A program made the translations under genes and the position numbers. Below the pieces are notes generated by a model. The model was not told the DNA's origin. It did no database searches and worked only from the letters and a program-made list of their open reading frames with translations. Positions 5,747-13,692 of a stretch of 13,692 nucleotides of DNA are shown piece after piece (positions within the stretch are counted from its first letter, which is position 1; each line of letters opens with the position of its first letter). Source of the DNA: Planctomycetota bacterium (lineage in GTDB: Bacteria > Planctomycetota > GCA-002687715 > DRQF01); the NCBI GenBank assembly GCA_036479435.1, contig JAZGFI010000275.1, forward strand, positions 1-13,692, given 5' to 3'.

Positions 5747-7625
5747 GTTGCTGTGTTTGTTGGCGGTTTACAGCGTGACCGCGAGGGCTAGGATGCAAGA
5801 ATCACGGCCAGCACGGTCGGGTGCAGTCGAGATAGCGACGGGGACGTCACGAAAACTGGCGGGCCTTCGTTTGCCACAATCCAAGGCGGGTCAGTTGGCG
5901 AACCCATACGAGAAACCGTTCGTCATTGACGTCACGGGTCCAAAGCCGATTCCTGAACAACTCATGGACGCTAAGGTCCGCGCCCATTGGCCCGAAGGTC
6001 GACTGGGCATGGCGAACCGCATTGTCGTCGACGGGAAGCCGGTGAACTTCGGGACCCTTGCCGAAGAAATGAGGAAGGAGTTGGGTCCGGAGAATCCAGA
6101 CAATCGGATGAAGGGCGAATCCCAGCTCTCCAGACGATCGGTTCTCATACGCTGTGATGCCGGCCAAGCGTTTGCCTACGTTAAGGGCATCATGCAGCTT
6201 TGCTCGACACCAGAGATCGCGGTATGGAGAGTTCGGCTTGCCGTGGAGGGCCAGCCGCAATCGATCCTCCGAGTCGATCTGCCGACCCAGTTTGGCGCGC
6301 TCTCGGTCGCGGAAGGCAAAGAGAACTCTTCGCTGACGATCAAATTGCAGCAAGTTCGCGCTGGCAAGAATCCGCTGCCTCGACTGTTGCGAGATACTCA
6401 GTTCGACTACGACGGAATCAAGGTGGCGGGGGCCTCGCGTGAAACAATCTTGGGGACTATAGAAGAGTGCCTGGTCCTCGATCGTGCTCAGCTTGTCGGG
6501 TTGGAAGTGATTCTCGAGACGGGGTTCGGCGTCCCCTATCAACGCGTGGTTGAGGTCTTGGACTTGACGTCCAAATTAAACCTCCGGTCGCCGCGTCTTG
6601 TCGGTTTGTACGGAACGAGAACAGAAAAGAACGCGGAGTGGTTTGACCAGATCAAGAATCGGCTGAGACAAGCGATAGAGAACGAGACAAAGCCTCCGAG
6701 GCGCTACCGTCGACGATTGAGGAATCGCAAGGGCGGAACGGGAGCGAATTTGCTTTGGTTGGCTTCGGCCCAAGCCAAGGACGGGCATTGGCCGGATACC
6801 AAAGACTCGGTGACGCCAACTTGCTTAAGTCTACTCGCCTTGCTGGGGGTTGGTGTAACTCACAAATCCGGTGACTATCGAGAGAACGTACGAAGTGGGC
6901 TCATGTGGTTGCTGGGCCGGCAAAAAGCCGATGGTAGTCTTGCGGTCGAGGACAGCCGCCATGCACTTGCCACCTTGACGATGTGCGAGGCTTACCGGCT
7001 CACGAAGAGTCCTCTTTTCGTGGCGGGTGCGCAGCGAGGCCTCAAGCGGCTTCAACAACTGGTCGGATCGAAAATCGCCGGACCCCTAGATCCAAATGCA
7101 GATGCGGAGTTCTATGGCTGGGCCGTCTTGGCCTTGAGATCGGCTCACAAAGCCGGGCTCGAGATGAACCAGCCTTGGAGCCAAACCATCTTCGAGCACC
7201 TGGCGGAAGTAACCGACGAAGCAACGGGGATCGTTGAACGTGACCAACGCTACTTGCTTACCACCGTCGCGCTACTGACTCGGGTACACCAGGGGCACGA
7301 ATCAAGCGGGATGGCAACGATCCGCACTCAAGCGGCGAGTCTTCTCGGCGATCGTCTACCGACAGGTGATGCCAATCCCGACATGTTCTGTTGGCTCTTC
7401 GGGACCATTGCTGCTTACCATGCGGGGGGAGCCGTCTGGGGAGTTTGGAAGGAAGCGGTGAAAGTTGGGATCGTCGGGAAGCAGAAAAAAGAGGGTCTCC
7501 TGGTGGGTACTTGGGATCCTCAGGGCTCAAACTTGGGTTCTGAAGACCGCGTGATCGCGACGGCTTTGATGAGTATCTGCAGTCAGATTTACTATCGCTT
7601 CGGCCGTGCTGTCGGGGCCAATTGA
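5718..7625 (+). CDS. Exported protein with ExbD/TolR-like segments fused to a prenyltransferase/squalene-oxidase-repeat (alpha/alpha barrel) domain
   Basis: 635 aa, SD GGGAG. Signal-peptide-like MACRIQMGLALLCLLAVYSVTARA. ExbD-like SVLIRCDAGQAFAYVKGIMQLC and VILETGFGVPYQRVVEVLDL. QW-type repeats LLWLASAQAKDGHW, GLMWLLGRQKADGSL and KQKKEGLLVGTWDP. Confidence 0.85.
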   Translation: MACRIQMGLALLCLLAVYSVTARARMQESRPARSGAVEIATGTSRKLAGLRLPQSKAGQLANPYEKPFVIDVTGPKPIPEQLMDAKVRAHWPEGRLGMANRIVVDGKPVNFGTLAEEMRKELGPENPDNRMKGESQLSRRSVLIRCDAGQAFAYVKGIMQLCSTPEIAVWRVRLAVEGQPQSILRVDLPTQFGALSVAEGKENSSLTIKLQQVRAGKNPLPRLLRDTQFDYDGIKVAGASRETILGTIEECLVLDRAQLVGLEVILETGFGVPYQRVVEVLDLTSKLNLRSPRLVGLYGTRTEKNAEWFDQIKNRLRQAIENETKPPRRYRRRLRNRKGGTGANLLWLASAQAKDGHWPDTKDSVTPTCLSLLALLGVGVTHKSGDYRENVRSGLMWLLGRQKADGSLAVEDSRHALATLTMCEAYRLTKSPLFVAGAQRGLKRLQQLVGSKIAGPLDPNADAEFYGWAVLALRSAHKAGLEMNQPWSQTIFEHLAEVTDEATGIVERDQRYLLTTVALLTRVHQGHESSGMATIRTQAASLLGDRLPTGDANPDMFCWLFGTIAAYHAGGAVWGVWKEAVKVGIVGKQKKEGLLVGTWDPQGSNLGSEDRVIATALMSICSQIYYRFGRAVGAN

Positions 7626-7713
7626 GGCGTTTCGAGAGGGCTGAATCTGTGGGGTGATCAGACGAATGGCTTGCGGTCGCCAGAGCATCATCCCGCCTAC
7701 GCCTTCTTTGCGC

Positions 7714-9618
7714 TCAGTTGAGAATCGTGCTCATCTGTCGCGTCGAGAGGTCGTAAGAAAGAACTTGGCGACCACGGGGAAACAGAAGTTGGTCGTTTTT
7801 CCACCATGCCGATCCGAATAGCTCTTCGTAGCTAATGGGGACATCATCGAGCTGGAATCTTCCGCTCTCAAGGTCGATAACGCTGACTGTTTTTCTTTGG
7901 AGCACCAACAAGAATCGGTCATCGGGGCTCAGATGAAAGTTCCAAGGGGCGTCGTTGATGCTGGGGCGGAGGCATTCGGGAAGAAGGTGGCCTTCGCGCC
8001 GCTTGACGTCGATCAAGACCGCACGAGTTTCGTCCTCTATCGTACATTGCAGAAAAAGGAACCCGCCGCGATGACTCGACACGAGGTGCCCCAGCTTGGA
8101 AGCACCCTTGGGTGCTTGCCATAGGACCGTTCGACGATTCTCAGTCAAGTCGAGCATCAAGATGGCGTCGCCAGAACTGGCGACCACGGCGGCACGATTC
8201 GGTCCTAGGGCTGCGGCAAGCAGTGGGAACTTTCTCCCTTCGGTCTTCATGTCCTGCGGACGAGACCCTGGCAAGGCCAAGGATTGGCGATCCCCTGTGA
8301 AAGGGTCGAGACTCACCAAGCGCAGCTCAGCCTTGCCCTCGTGCGGCTCGTTCAGCTCTGCAAACCAAATCCGGTTCTCAAAGAGTCTCAGGTGGGTGTA
8401 AGCGACGGCATGGAAAGCCCCCATGCCGTCTTGGCGATCAAGGACCTGAACCCCTCTTTGTTTCCCCAAGGTGCCATAGATTGCTTTTTGACCTTCACGT
8501 GTCAGCAGCGGCCTTGCAGCTTGCTCGTGGAGCGGAATGAACCCATGAAGAACCGATGGCGATGTAGCGCCAGTAAAGTCCATCCGGAGCCTCTCGACGT
8601 CGTCGCGGCCCTTCACGCGCAAGGCGCGAAAATGACGACCGTCGGTGTCAATGCCCGTGGCGTAGAGCCCGGGACCGAGATCGATGAGGTCACCAGTCCC
8701 CGCCGAAAGGTCCATCAAGTAGCCCTGTACTTGACCAGCTCTGCTGTGATCGCTTCGCTTCGTCAGGATCGACAGCCGAAGTCCGTCGCTTGTGGGCAGC
8801 AACATCGTGGCGATGATGTCGCTTTTGGGGTGAGTGATGCTTACATCAGACCAGTTGCTGTAGGCCCGGCCGCCGAAGGCGCCAGCCGGAATCAACACGA
8901 GGCTGAGCCCCGCCACTGAGGCGAGCAGGGGACGCATGCGATGTGTTCGGTGCAATTCGCCCTTTAGTATCGAGACCCAGGTTGCCACCAGGAGGGCCAG
9001 AGATAGCGCCACCATCATCTTGCTGGCGAGCGGTGCTAAGTCGTCCTCATGGAGCCCTCGAGAGCCAAAGCCGAGATACACAACGATGAGAATCCCTAAC
9101 GCGGCCGCACTCGACAACAGCAGTGACAAAGCGATGCTGCCCGCGCTCCGGCGCACCGTGACCGCCGAGAAATGCGTGATCGCGAACAAAAGGAGAATTC
9201 CGGAGGCCAAGATCTGAAGCGGCGGCGCATCTGTTGACAGCGTCGTGACTTCCCATCTCAGCGCCGAATTAATGCGATTCTCTAGAACCAAGAGCAGAGG
9301 CAAGGCCGCGAAGATCAGTATCGCCGACGACAAGAATCGGTTTGCAAACAACAGGCCCGGTCCGACCGGAAGCAGAGCTTCTTGTCGTCGCGCCCGCGGT
9401 GAGCCAAAGCGACCCGCAACTTGTTCGACGACGAACAAGGTCCAAAGCCCAAGCGCAGCACAGATGATCCAAGGAGCCCGGTTGAGGTTCCGCATCGACA
9501 AGGCCCACGATTGTGGAATGAACCACAGCGAGGCCCAGATGACGGCGACAAGACCAGCGAGAATAAGTACGTGGAGCTTTGCCGCGCGAAGCTCACGAAG
9601 CACTAGGACGGTCAACAT
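7714..9618 (-). CDS. ABC transporter permease-like membrane protein with C-terminal soluble, probably beta-propeller, domain
   Basis: 634 aa. About 7 hydrophobic helices in the first ~250 aa, with ABC-2-like LRELR and LLPVGPGLLFANRF motifs. C-terminal beta-rich repeats (HLSPDDRFLLV, VSVIDLESG, LSYDLSTRQ). Start overlaps the ATPase stop. Confidence 0.8.
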   Translation of the reverse strand: MLTVLVLRELRAAKLHVLILAGLVAVIWASLWFIPQSWALSMRNLNRAPWIICAALGLWTLFVVEQVAGRFGSPRARRQEALLPVGPGLLFANRFLSSAILIFAALPLLLVLENRINSALRWEVTTLSTDAPPLQILASGILLLFAITHFSAVTVRRSAGSIALSLLLSSAAALGILIVVYLGFGSRGLHEDDLAPLASKMMVALSLALLVATWVSILKGELHRTHRMRPLLASVAGLSLVLIPAGAFGGRAYSNWSDVSITHPKSDIIATMLLPTSDGLRLSILTKRSDHSRAGQVQGYLMDLSAGTGDLIDLGPGLYATGIDTDGRHFRALRVKGRDDVERLRMDFTGATSPSVLHGFIPLHEQAARPLLTREGQKAIYGTLGKQRGVQVLDRQDGMGAFHAVAYTHLRLFENRIWFAELNEPHEGKAELRLVSLDPFTGDRQSLALPGSRPQDMKTEGRKFPLLAAALGPNRAAVVASSGDAILMLDLTENRRTVLWQAPKGASKLGHLVSSHRGGFLFLQCTIEDETRAVLIDVKRREGHLLPECLRPSINDAPWNFHLSPDDRFLLVLQRKTVSVIDLESGRFQLDDVPISYEELFGSAWWKNDQLLFPRGRQVLSYDLSTRQMSTILN

Positions 9619-10346
9619 GGTGAAACCTCCCGTGGCGTCTTCGTCAACTCAAGGAAACTCTCTTCGAGTCGTTTGTCGTCGGCATAGATCTTTTCAATGG
9701 GATCTTGAAGAATCGTGCGACCTTTGGCGATCATCACGACTCGGTCGGCAATGCGTTCCACTTCATCCAAGTCGTGAGTTGCGATCAAAACGGCACGGTC
9801 ACCTTCGACAAAGCGGATGATGCCCGCCAAGATCTCGTGGCGGCGCCCGACATCCAAGCCGTCGAAGGGCTCGTCGAGAAGCAAGAGTTTCGGTTGGTGT
9901 GCCAGGGCACAGGCTAAGGCCAAACAAGTTCGTTGTCCTCGAGACAACTCTCCGCAGCGCGCGTCTTTTGGTATCTCGAACTGATCGAGAAGGGTTTGCG
10001 CCCGCTCATCGGACCAAGTGGGATGAAGGCGAGCACGCCATCGCATGAGTTGCCTCGTCGTGAGCTGGTTTTCGAAGTGGGGATCGGCCTCTACATAGCC
10101 CAGTGCTTGTCTGACCTCGGGGCCGTTTCTGCGGGGATCGAATCCCAGTACCGACATCTTTCCGCTAGCCCTCGGAAACAGGCCCAGACAGGCGTCGATA
10201 AGGGTGGATTTTCCGGATCCGTTTCGACCTAAAAGCGCCGTGACGGAGCCGGGCGGAAGAGCCAAGTCGATTCCGAGCAAGCCACGGCCCTTGCCATGGT
10301 CAACCCTAAGATCGTTAATCTTAATGGCCATCTGTGCATCGCTCAT
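9612..10346 (-). CDS. ABC transporter ATP-binding protein (YtrB-like exporter type)
   Basis: Walker A GRNGSGKS, signature LSRGQ, Walker B LLLLDEP, H-loop ATHD. ATGA overlap with the GntR gene at 10343-10346. Confidence 0.96.
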   Translation of the reverse strand: MSDAQMAIKINDLRVDHGKGRGLLGIDLALPPGSVTALLGRNGSGKSTLIDACLGLFPRASGKMSVLGFDPRRNGPEVRQALGYVEADPHFENQLTTRQLMRWRARLHPTWSDERAQTLLDQFEIPKDARCGELSRGQRTCLALACALAHQPKLLLLDEPFDGLDVGRRHEILAGIIRFVEGDRAVLIATHDLDEVERIADRVVMIAKGRTILQDPIEKIYADDKRLEESFLELTKTPREVSPC

Positions 10347-10717
10347 GTTGCGAGGCTCCCTAATACCAGTATTTCTTGCAGGAGTTCGTCGGCCAAGCCG
10401 ACGTCGCGAGCCTCTTCGAGCCAGGCAGAGAGCCTGAACTTGAGCTCCGCATGCACCGTTCGCCGCGCGCGTTTGGCGGCGCCGGTGGCAACCAAGACAC
10501 CGCTTCCCGGCCGAGCCTTCAGCAACTTTTCGCGTTCGAGTTCGCGATAGACTTTGGCGACGGTATTGGGATTGACCAGGATTTCAGCCGCGAGCGAGCG
10601 AACACTGGGCATGCGCTCGCCTTCGCTCAGCTGTTTAGACGCGAGCCTTGACCTTATCGCGGACGCGATCTGGTCGGAGACAGGGGTTGACGCACGTGGG
10701 TCTGGACGTGGAAGCAT
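10343..10717 (-). CDS. GntR-family transcriptional regulator, YtrA subfamily
   Basis: 124 aa. wHTH motif GERMPSVRSLAAEILVNPNTVAKVYRELEREKLL..RPGSG, short C-terminal helical domain, leads an ABC operon. Confidence 0.95.
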   Translation of the reverse strand: MLPRPDPRASTPVSDQIASAIRSRLASKQLSEGERMPSVRSLAAEILVNPNTVAKVYRELEREKLLKARPGSGVLVATGAAKRARRTVHAELKFRLSAWLEEARDVGLADELLQEILVLGSLAT

Positions 10718-10718
10718 A

Positions 10719-10742
10719 ACCGTACGATCGTCTTGGTACGGT
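10719..10742. promoter_or_regulatory. Inverted repeat ACCGTAC-N10-GTACGGT, probable GntR/YtrA autoregulatory operator
   Basis: Perfect 7-bp arms, 1 nt from the GntR start codon. No SD is visible, so the mRNA may be leaderless. Confidence 0.65.
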
Positions 10743-10768
10743 CCAACACTTGAGGCTTAATGCGCGAC

Positions 10769-12508
10769 CTATCGTCCCGGCGGATTAGGTGCATAGGCAC
10801 CATCAAAAGCGAGCCCACTCCAGCCCTCGCCGCGGCCGACGCTAGCCTTTCTCGCAACCCACCTTAGGTAGCTGCCGTCTTGGGCGCGGGCCAGGCTGGG
10901 GACGCGCCGCAAACGCAAGCCTTCTCGAGGCAACTCTTGATCCTGGATAGTGAGAGGCGTGGGTTTCAATAGGACGCTTTGGGAAAGATCGACGTCTCCC
11001 ATGGTGCCTTTGCGGAGCGCCATCTTCCCGATGCCCGTCGAAATCGGGACGAAGGGAATCCAACTCGCGGGCACTTCGGTTTGCAACAGATACTGGAGCT
11101 CAGCGCCCGGCTCGAGATCGGCGACTTGATTGATGGGGCGTTCTTCATCGTCTCGAGAACGTGGTTCGCCAGTTCGAGCTTGTACGGTGCGTTCGATGGC
11201 CCAGGCGAGGTTTGCCATTTCGTCGCGAACAAAGTGCACCTCTTCCAAGGCTTCGCCTTCGAGCGTGCCGAGGGCTGTGGGTGGAACGAAAAGGCCCGGG
11301 AAGGTCTTGGCGGAGTCTCCGGCTTCGTCGATAGCAAACATCCGAAAGCGTCCGCTTCGATTTCGGTCATCGGCCACGTCTACCCTGAATTCTTCACCGA
11401 AGGTGGTCGTGTAGCGGACGTCTTTGATCTGAGTGAAGGAACCGCCCTTTACGGTAAGCGGCACCACGATCCAGTCGTTGCCATAAACCATCGCAAACTC
11501 GGCGACGACCAAACGGGCGAGGTCATGCGGCTGGACATCTAGCCGGCCCATGTGGACCTTACCGTCTTCAAAAGACCAATAACGGTCAGCGGGCATACCG
11601 GAGAAACGAAGCGGCGTGGCGAACATCGTCAGGCTCCGTTCACTGCGGTCCGGGCTCGCGTTTGGATCTTCATCGGGAACTTCAAGTTGAGCGCCCGGAA
11701 CAAAGTCGAAGCTGTGCCAGTCGATCTCACCGCCTTCGTGCCGGGGTGCTACCAGCACGTCTTGGTCATCGCTCGGACCCAACCTGACGCTGAATCGGTG
11801 CTCCATCTGCTCCGGTAGCCAGGCGTCGTCGGCACCCAAGGGTGCAACGGAGGTTCGAAACCAAGCTAACCAAGTCTTGGCGGCGGCTAGCGCCGCCGCG
11901 GGTGCGCCTTGCAGCCAAGGGGCAGCATCGGCCTCTAACTGTTCCGCCGCCTGCAAACCGTCAGGCGTGCTTTGCGCGATGGCGCGATAAGAACGCGGCA
12001 CTTGAACTTGCGTGGGGATCGCTGCGTTGGGATCGGGAGGGCTCACGTCAAGAGCGCAATGCTGCAAAAGATCGGCGCGGGCGTCAAAACCGGCGTCTTC
12101 CAAAAGCTCGACCAAGTAGGCGCCCGCCTCGCTTTTTTGCCACAAACCAAGTGCGACTGCAGGCGTGGGTTCGCGTTCGACGTAGGGATCTAAGGGGAGG
12201 TTGTGGTCAATGGCGCTCGCGGCCCGAGCGGGGTCGAGATCACCAGCCTGCCACGCTGTTACTTCGGTGGACTCTGCTCTCACCTTCACCAAAACTGGAG
12301 TGCCCGCATCTTCGCCTTCAAACTCGCCAAGCTGCCATTGCCTTGCGATCGACCACAAGGGATCATGCACGCGAGCCTCGATCCCGGGTGTCGGGTCGCC
12401 CGAGGTAGACTGCGGCTCAAGCCTGGTCCAAGCGGGACTGCCGAAGATTAGGTGCTTGAGGGCATCGGAGACCGGGCGCGCAGCTACTTTGAGTTGAAAA
12501 TCACTCAT
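10769..12508 (-). CDS. Conserved-looking hypothetical protein (579 aa)
   Basis: Long ORF coupled to the upstream gene by TGATG at 12508. Trp/Gly/Pro-rich blocks DPLWSIARQWQLGEFEGEDAG, IDWHSFD, FSGMPADRYWSFEDG, EFAMVYGNDW, RDEMANLAWAIE, WIPFVP, GRGEGWSGLAFD. No signal peptide or TM helix. Confidence 0.88.
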   Translation of the reverse strand: MSDFQLKVAARPVSDALKHLIFGSPAWTRLEPQSTSGDPTPGIEARVHDPLWSIARQWQLGEFEGEDAGTPVLVKVRAESTEVTAWQAGDLDPARAASAIDHNLPLDPYVEREPTPAVALGLWQKSEAGAYLVELLEDAGFDARADLLQHCALDVSPPDPNAAIPTQVQVPRSYRAIAQSTPDGLQAAEQLEADAAPWLQGAPAAALAAAKTWLAWFRTSVAPLGADDAWLPEQMEHRFSVRLGPSDDQDVLVAPRHEGGEIDWHSFDFVPGAQLEVPDEDPNASPDRSERSLTMFATPLRFSGMPADRYWSFEDGKVHMGRLDVQPHDLARLVVAEFAMVYGNDWIVVPLTVKGGSFTQIKDVRYTTTFGEEFRVDVADDRNRSGRFRMFAIDEAGDSAKTFPGLFVPPTALGTLEGEALEEVHFVRDEMANLAWAIERTVQARTGEPRSRDDEERPINQVADLEPGAELQYLLQTEVPASWIPFVPISTGIGKMALRKGTMGDVDLSQSVLLKPTPLTIQDQELPREGLRLRRVPSLARAQDGSYLRWVARKASVGRGEGWSGLAFDGAYAPNPPGR

Positions 12509-13692
12509 CAGTCGTCCTTTACAAAAGCGAGGGTTGCGGCGAGCGTTGGGTTGGCGGCCACTAGGCGGAAGTCGAAGACTTTCTCACCCTGTAGCGACCA
12601 ACTTCGTTGATAGAGCGCCGGCAAGACGCGGCCGATGGCAAAGGCACGTTCAAGCGTGATCGTTCGCATCTTGGCGCGTTCCAAAGTTTCATCCAAAGTG
12701 GCGACGAGGGCATCTGTTGTCCATCGCTTGCCATCGGGAGACACGGCTAAGAGCATCGTCTGCGGCGGACGTGAAGAAGCGGCGGCGGCGTTGATAGCGA
12801 TGCCGCTGGCGCGCTGAGATTCGGTGGTGGCCGCATTGTCTTCACCCGCGATGAGCCGAGCGGGCAACACGTCCGTCCATTGATCTATCGACAGGGCGAA
12901 AACCTGGCCGTCGGCGATGTCGTCGTGTTGGGCGTCCAGCAATAGATGGCAAACGGGCTCTTCGGGCGACGCTTGGTCGAGCCCAAAGCTGTCGCCTAGC
13001 CAGGGAAGGTTCTCGGCACTGAGTTGGGCGACCTCAAGATTGGCCGGACGCCCGAGGGCATCGGAGAGCAAATGCGCGCGACTTAGGCGCGCCAAAGGTC
13101 GCCGCACCGAAGCGAGGTCGCGGAGAAAGCGTCGCCTCGCCGCGCGCGGGGGGTGGTGCGCGGATGTTGTTCTGGCGGCGATGAGGAGGTCGCCAGACAC
13201 CGGAGGATCGATGGCCGGGAGTAACCAGAACCCGTCTCCAAAGAGTTCTTGACCGACGCTCTTCGCGACGTTGGCGTCAAAGGGTTCTTCGGCGAGGGCG
13301 GATTCGGCTCGCTGCACTCGTCTTTGCGCTTCGGCCAAAGCCACTTTTCCCAAGGCGACGATGTTCTCGTCTTGAACGGCGGCGTTGACCGCCCCGAAGG
13401 CGGCGAGATCTTCTAAGGCGTTCGCGATGGCAAGGGAGTCGAAGTTAGCGACGCCATCATCGCCTGCCGGCGGTTCGACGGCGAGGGCCATCGCTTCCGT
13501 CGCCGAATTCAAAAGGCCTAAGGCGGCGCTGGCCCGAGTCTCAAGTGCGGCCAGGGATGCAGACGAAAACTCACGCGCCGTCGGATCCGAAGGCCTTGAG
13601 AGATCTGAAGGTTGTGCGGGCTGGGCGTTGACGATGACGTCGCGCCAGGCCGCCGCGAGCTCCATGGCTTCGCCAAGGCCTCTTTGGGCCGC
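12508..13692 (-). CDS. C-terminal part of a larger hypothetical protein (probably 5'-truncated by window edge)
   Basis: The frame stays open upstream of Met 13665 to the edge (AAQRGLGEA-MELAAAW). Ala-rich helical region, then IDQWTDVLP, SGIAIN, SRPPQTMLLAVSP, ETLERAKMR and LPALY. Confidence 0.85.
   Translation of the reverse strand, partial: AAQRGLGEAMELAAAWRDVIVNAQPAQPSDLSRPSDPTAREFSSASLAALETRASAALGLLNSATEAMALAVEPPAGDDGVANFDSLAIANALEDLAAFGAVNAAVQDENIVALGKVALAEAQRRVQRAESALAEEPFDANVAKSVGQELFGDGFWLLPAIDPPVSGDLLIAARTTSAHHPPRAARRRFLRDLASVRRPLARLSRAHLLSDALGRPANLEVAQLSAENLPWLGDSFGLDQASPEEPVCHLLLDAQHDDIADGQVFALSIDQWTDVLPARLIAGEDNAATTESQRASGIAINAAAASSRPPQTMLLAVSPDGKRWTTDALVATLDETLERAKMRTITLERAFAIGRVLPALYQRSWSLQGEKVFDFRLVAANPTLAATLAFVKDD

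Noticed and set aside
6740..7625. Calling the 5718 gene squalene-hopene cyclase (shc)
   Set aside because: Single barrel, no DXDD motif, and it carries a signal peptide and ExbD-like N-terminus.
7626..7713. Bidirectional terminator between convergent genes
   Set aside because: No strong GC hairpin with a U-tract is visible.
13663..13665. ATG 13665 as the true start of the last gene
   Set aside because: No SD, and the frame is open to the window edge, so it is probably an internal Met.

Overview
GC-rich bacterial DNA; the gene content suggests Planctomycetota, which is an inference. Left to right the window holds: (1) the 5' part of a minus-strand gene missing from the ORF track (<1..860), a membrane-anchored protein whose last ~65 visible residues resemble the start of a DyP-type peroxidase domain; (2) a minus-strand pair: a 1091-aa multidomain protein (beta-sandwich, LysM-like, Gly-X-Y tracts, two IPT/TIG domains, C-terminal metzincin protease) and a small HEAT-repeat protein; (3) a plus-strand signal-peptide protein fusing ExbD-like segments to a prenyltransferase/squalene-oxidase-repeat domain; (4) a minus-strand YtrA-like GntR, ABC ATPase and permease/beta-propeller operon with a palindromic operator; (5) the last two genes of a coupled operon of motif-rich hypothetical proteins that runs off the right edge. 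The most notable non-coding structure is a diverged direct repeat (975..1081 vs 5578..5746) bracketing the protease-HEAT pair. It duplicates the RBS and first codons of the gene at 5718. The left copy lacks a 62-bp segment holding a candidate ECF promoter and is frameshifted, which suggests an old insertion that restored its target gene. No rRNA, tRNA, CRISPR array, transposase or integrase was seen.
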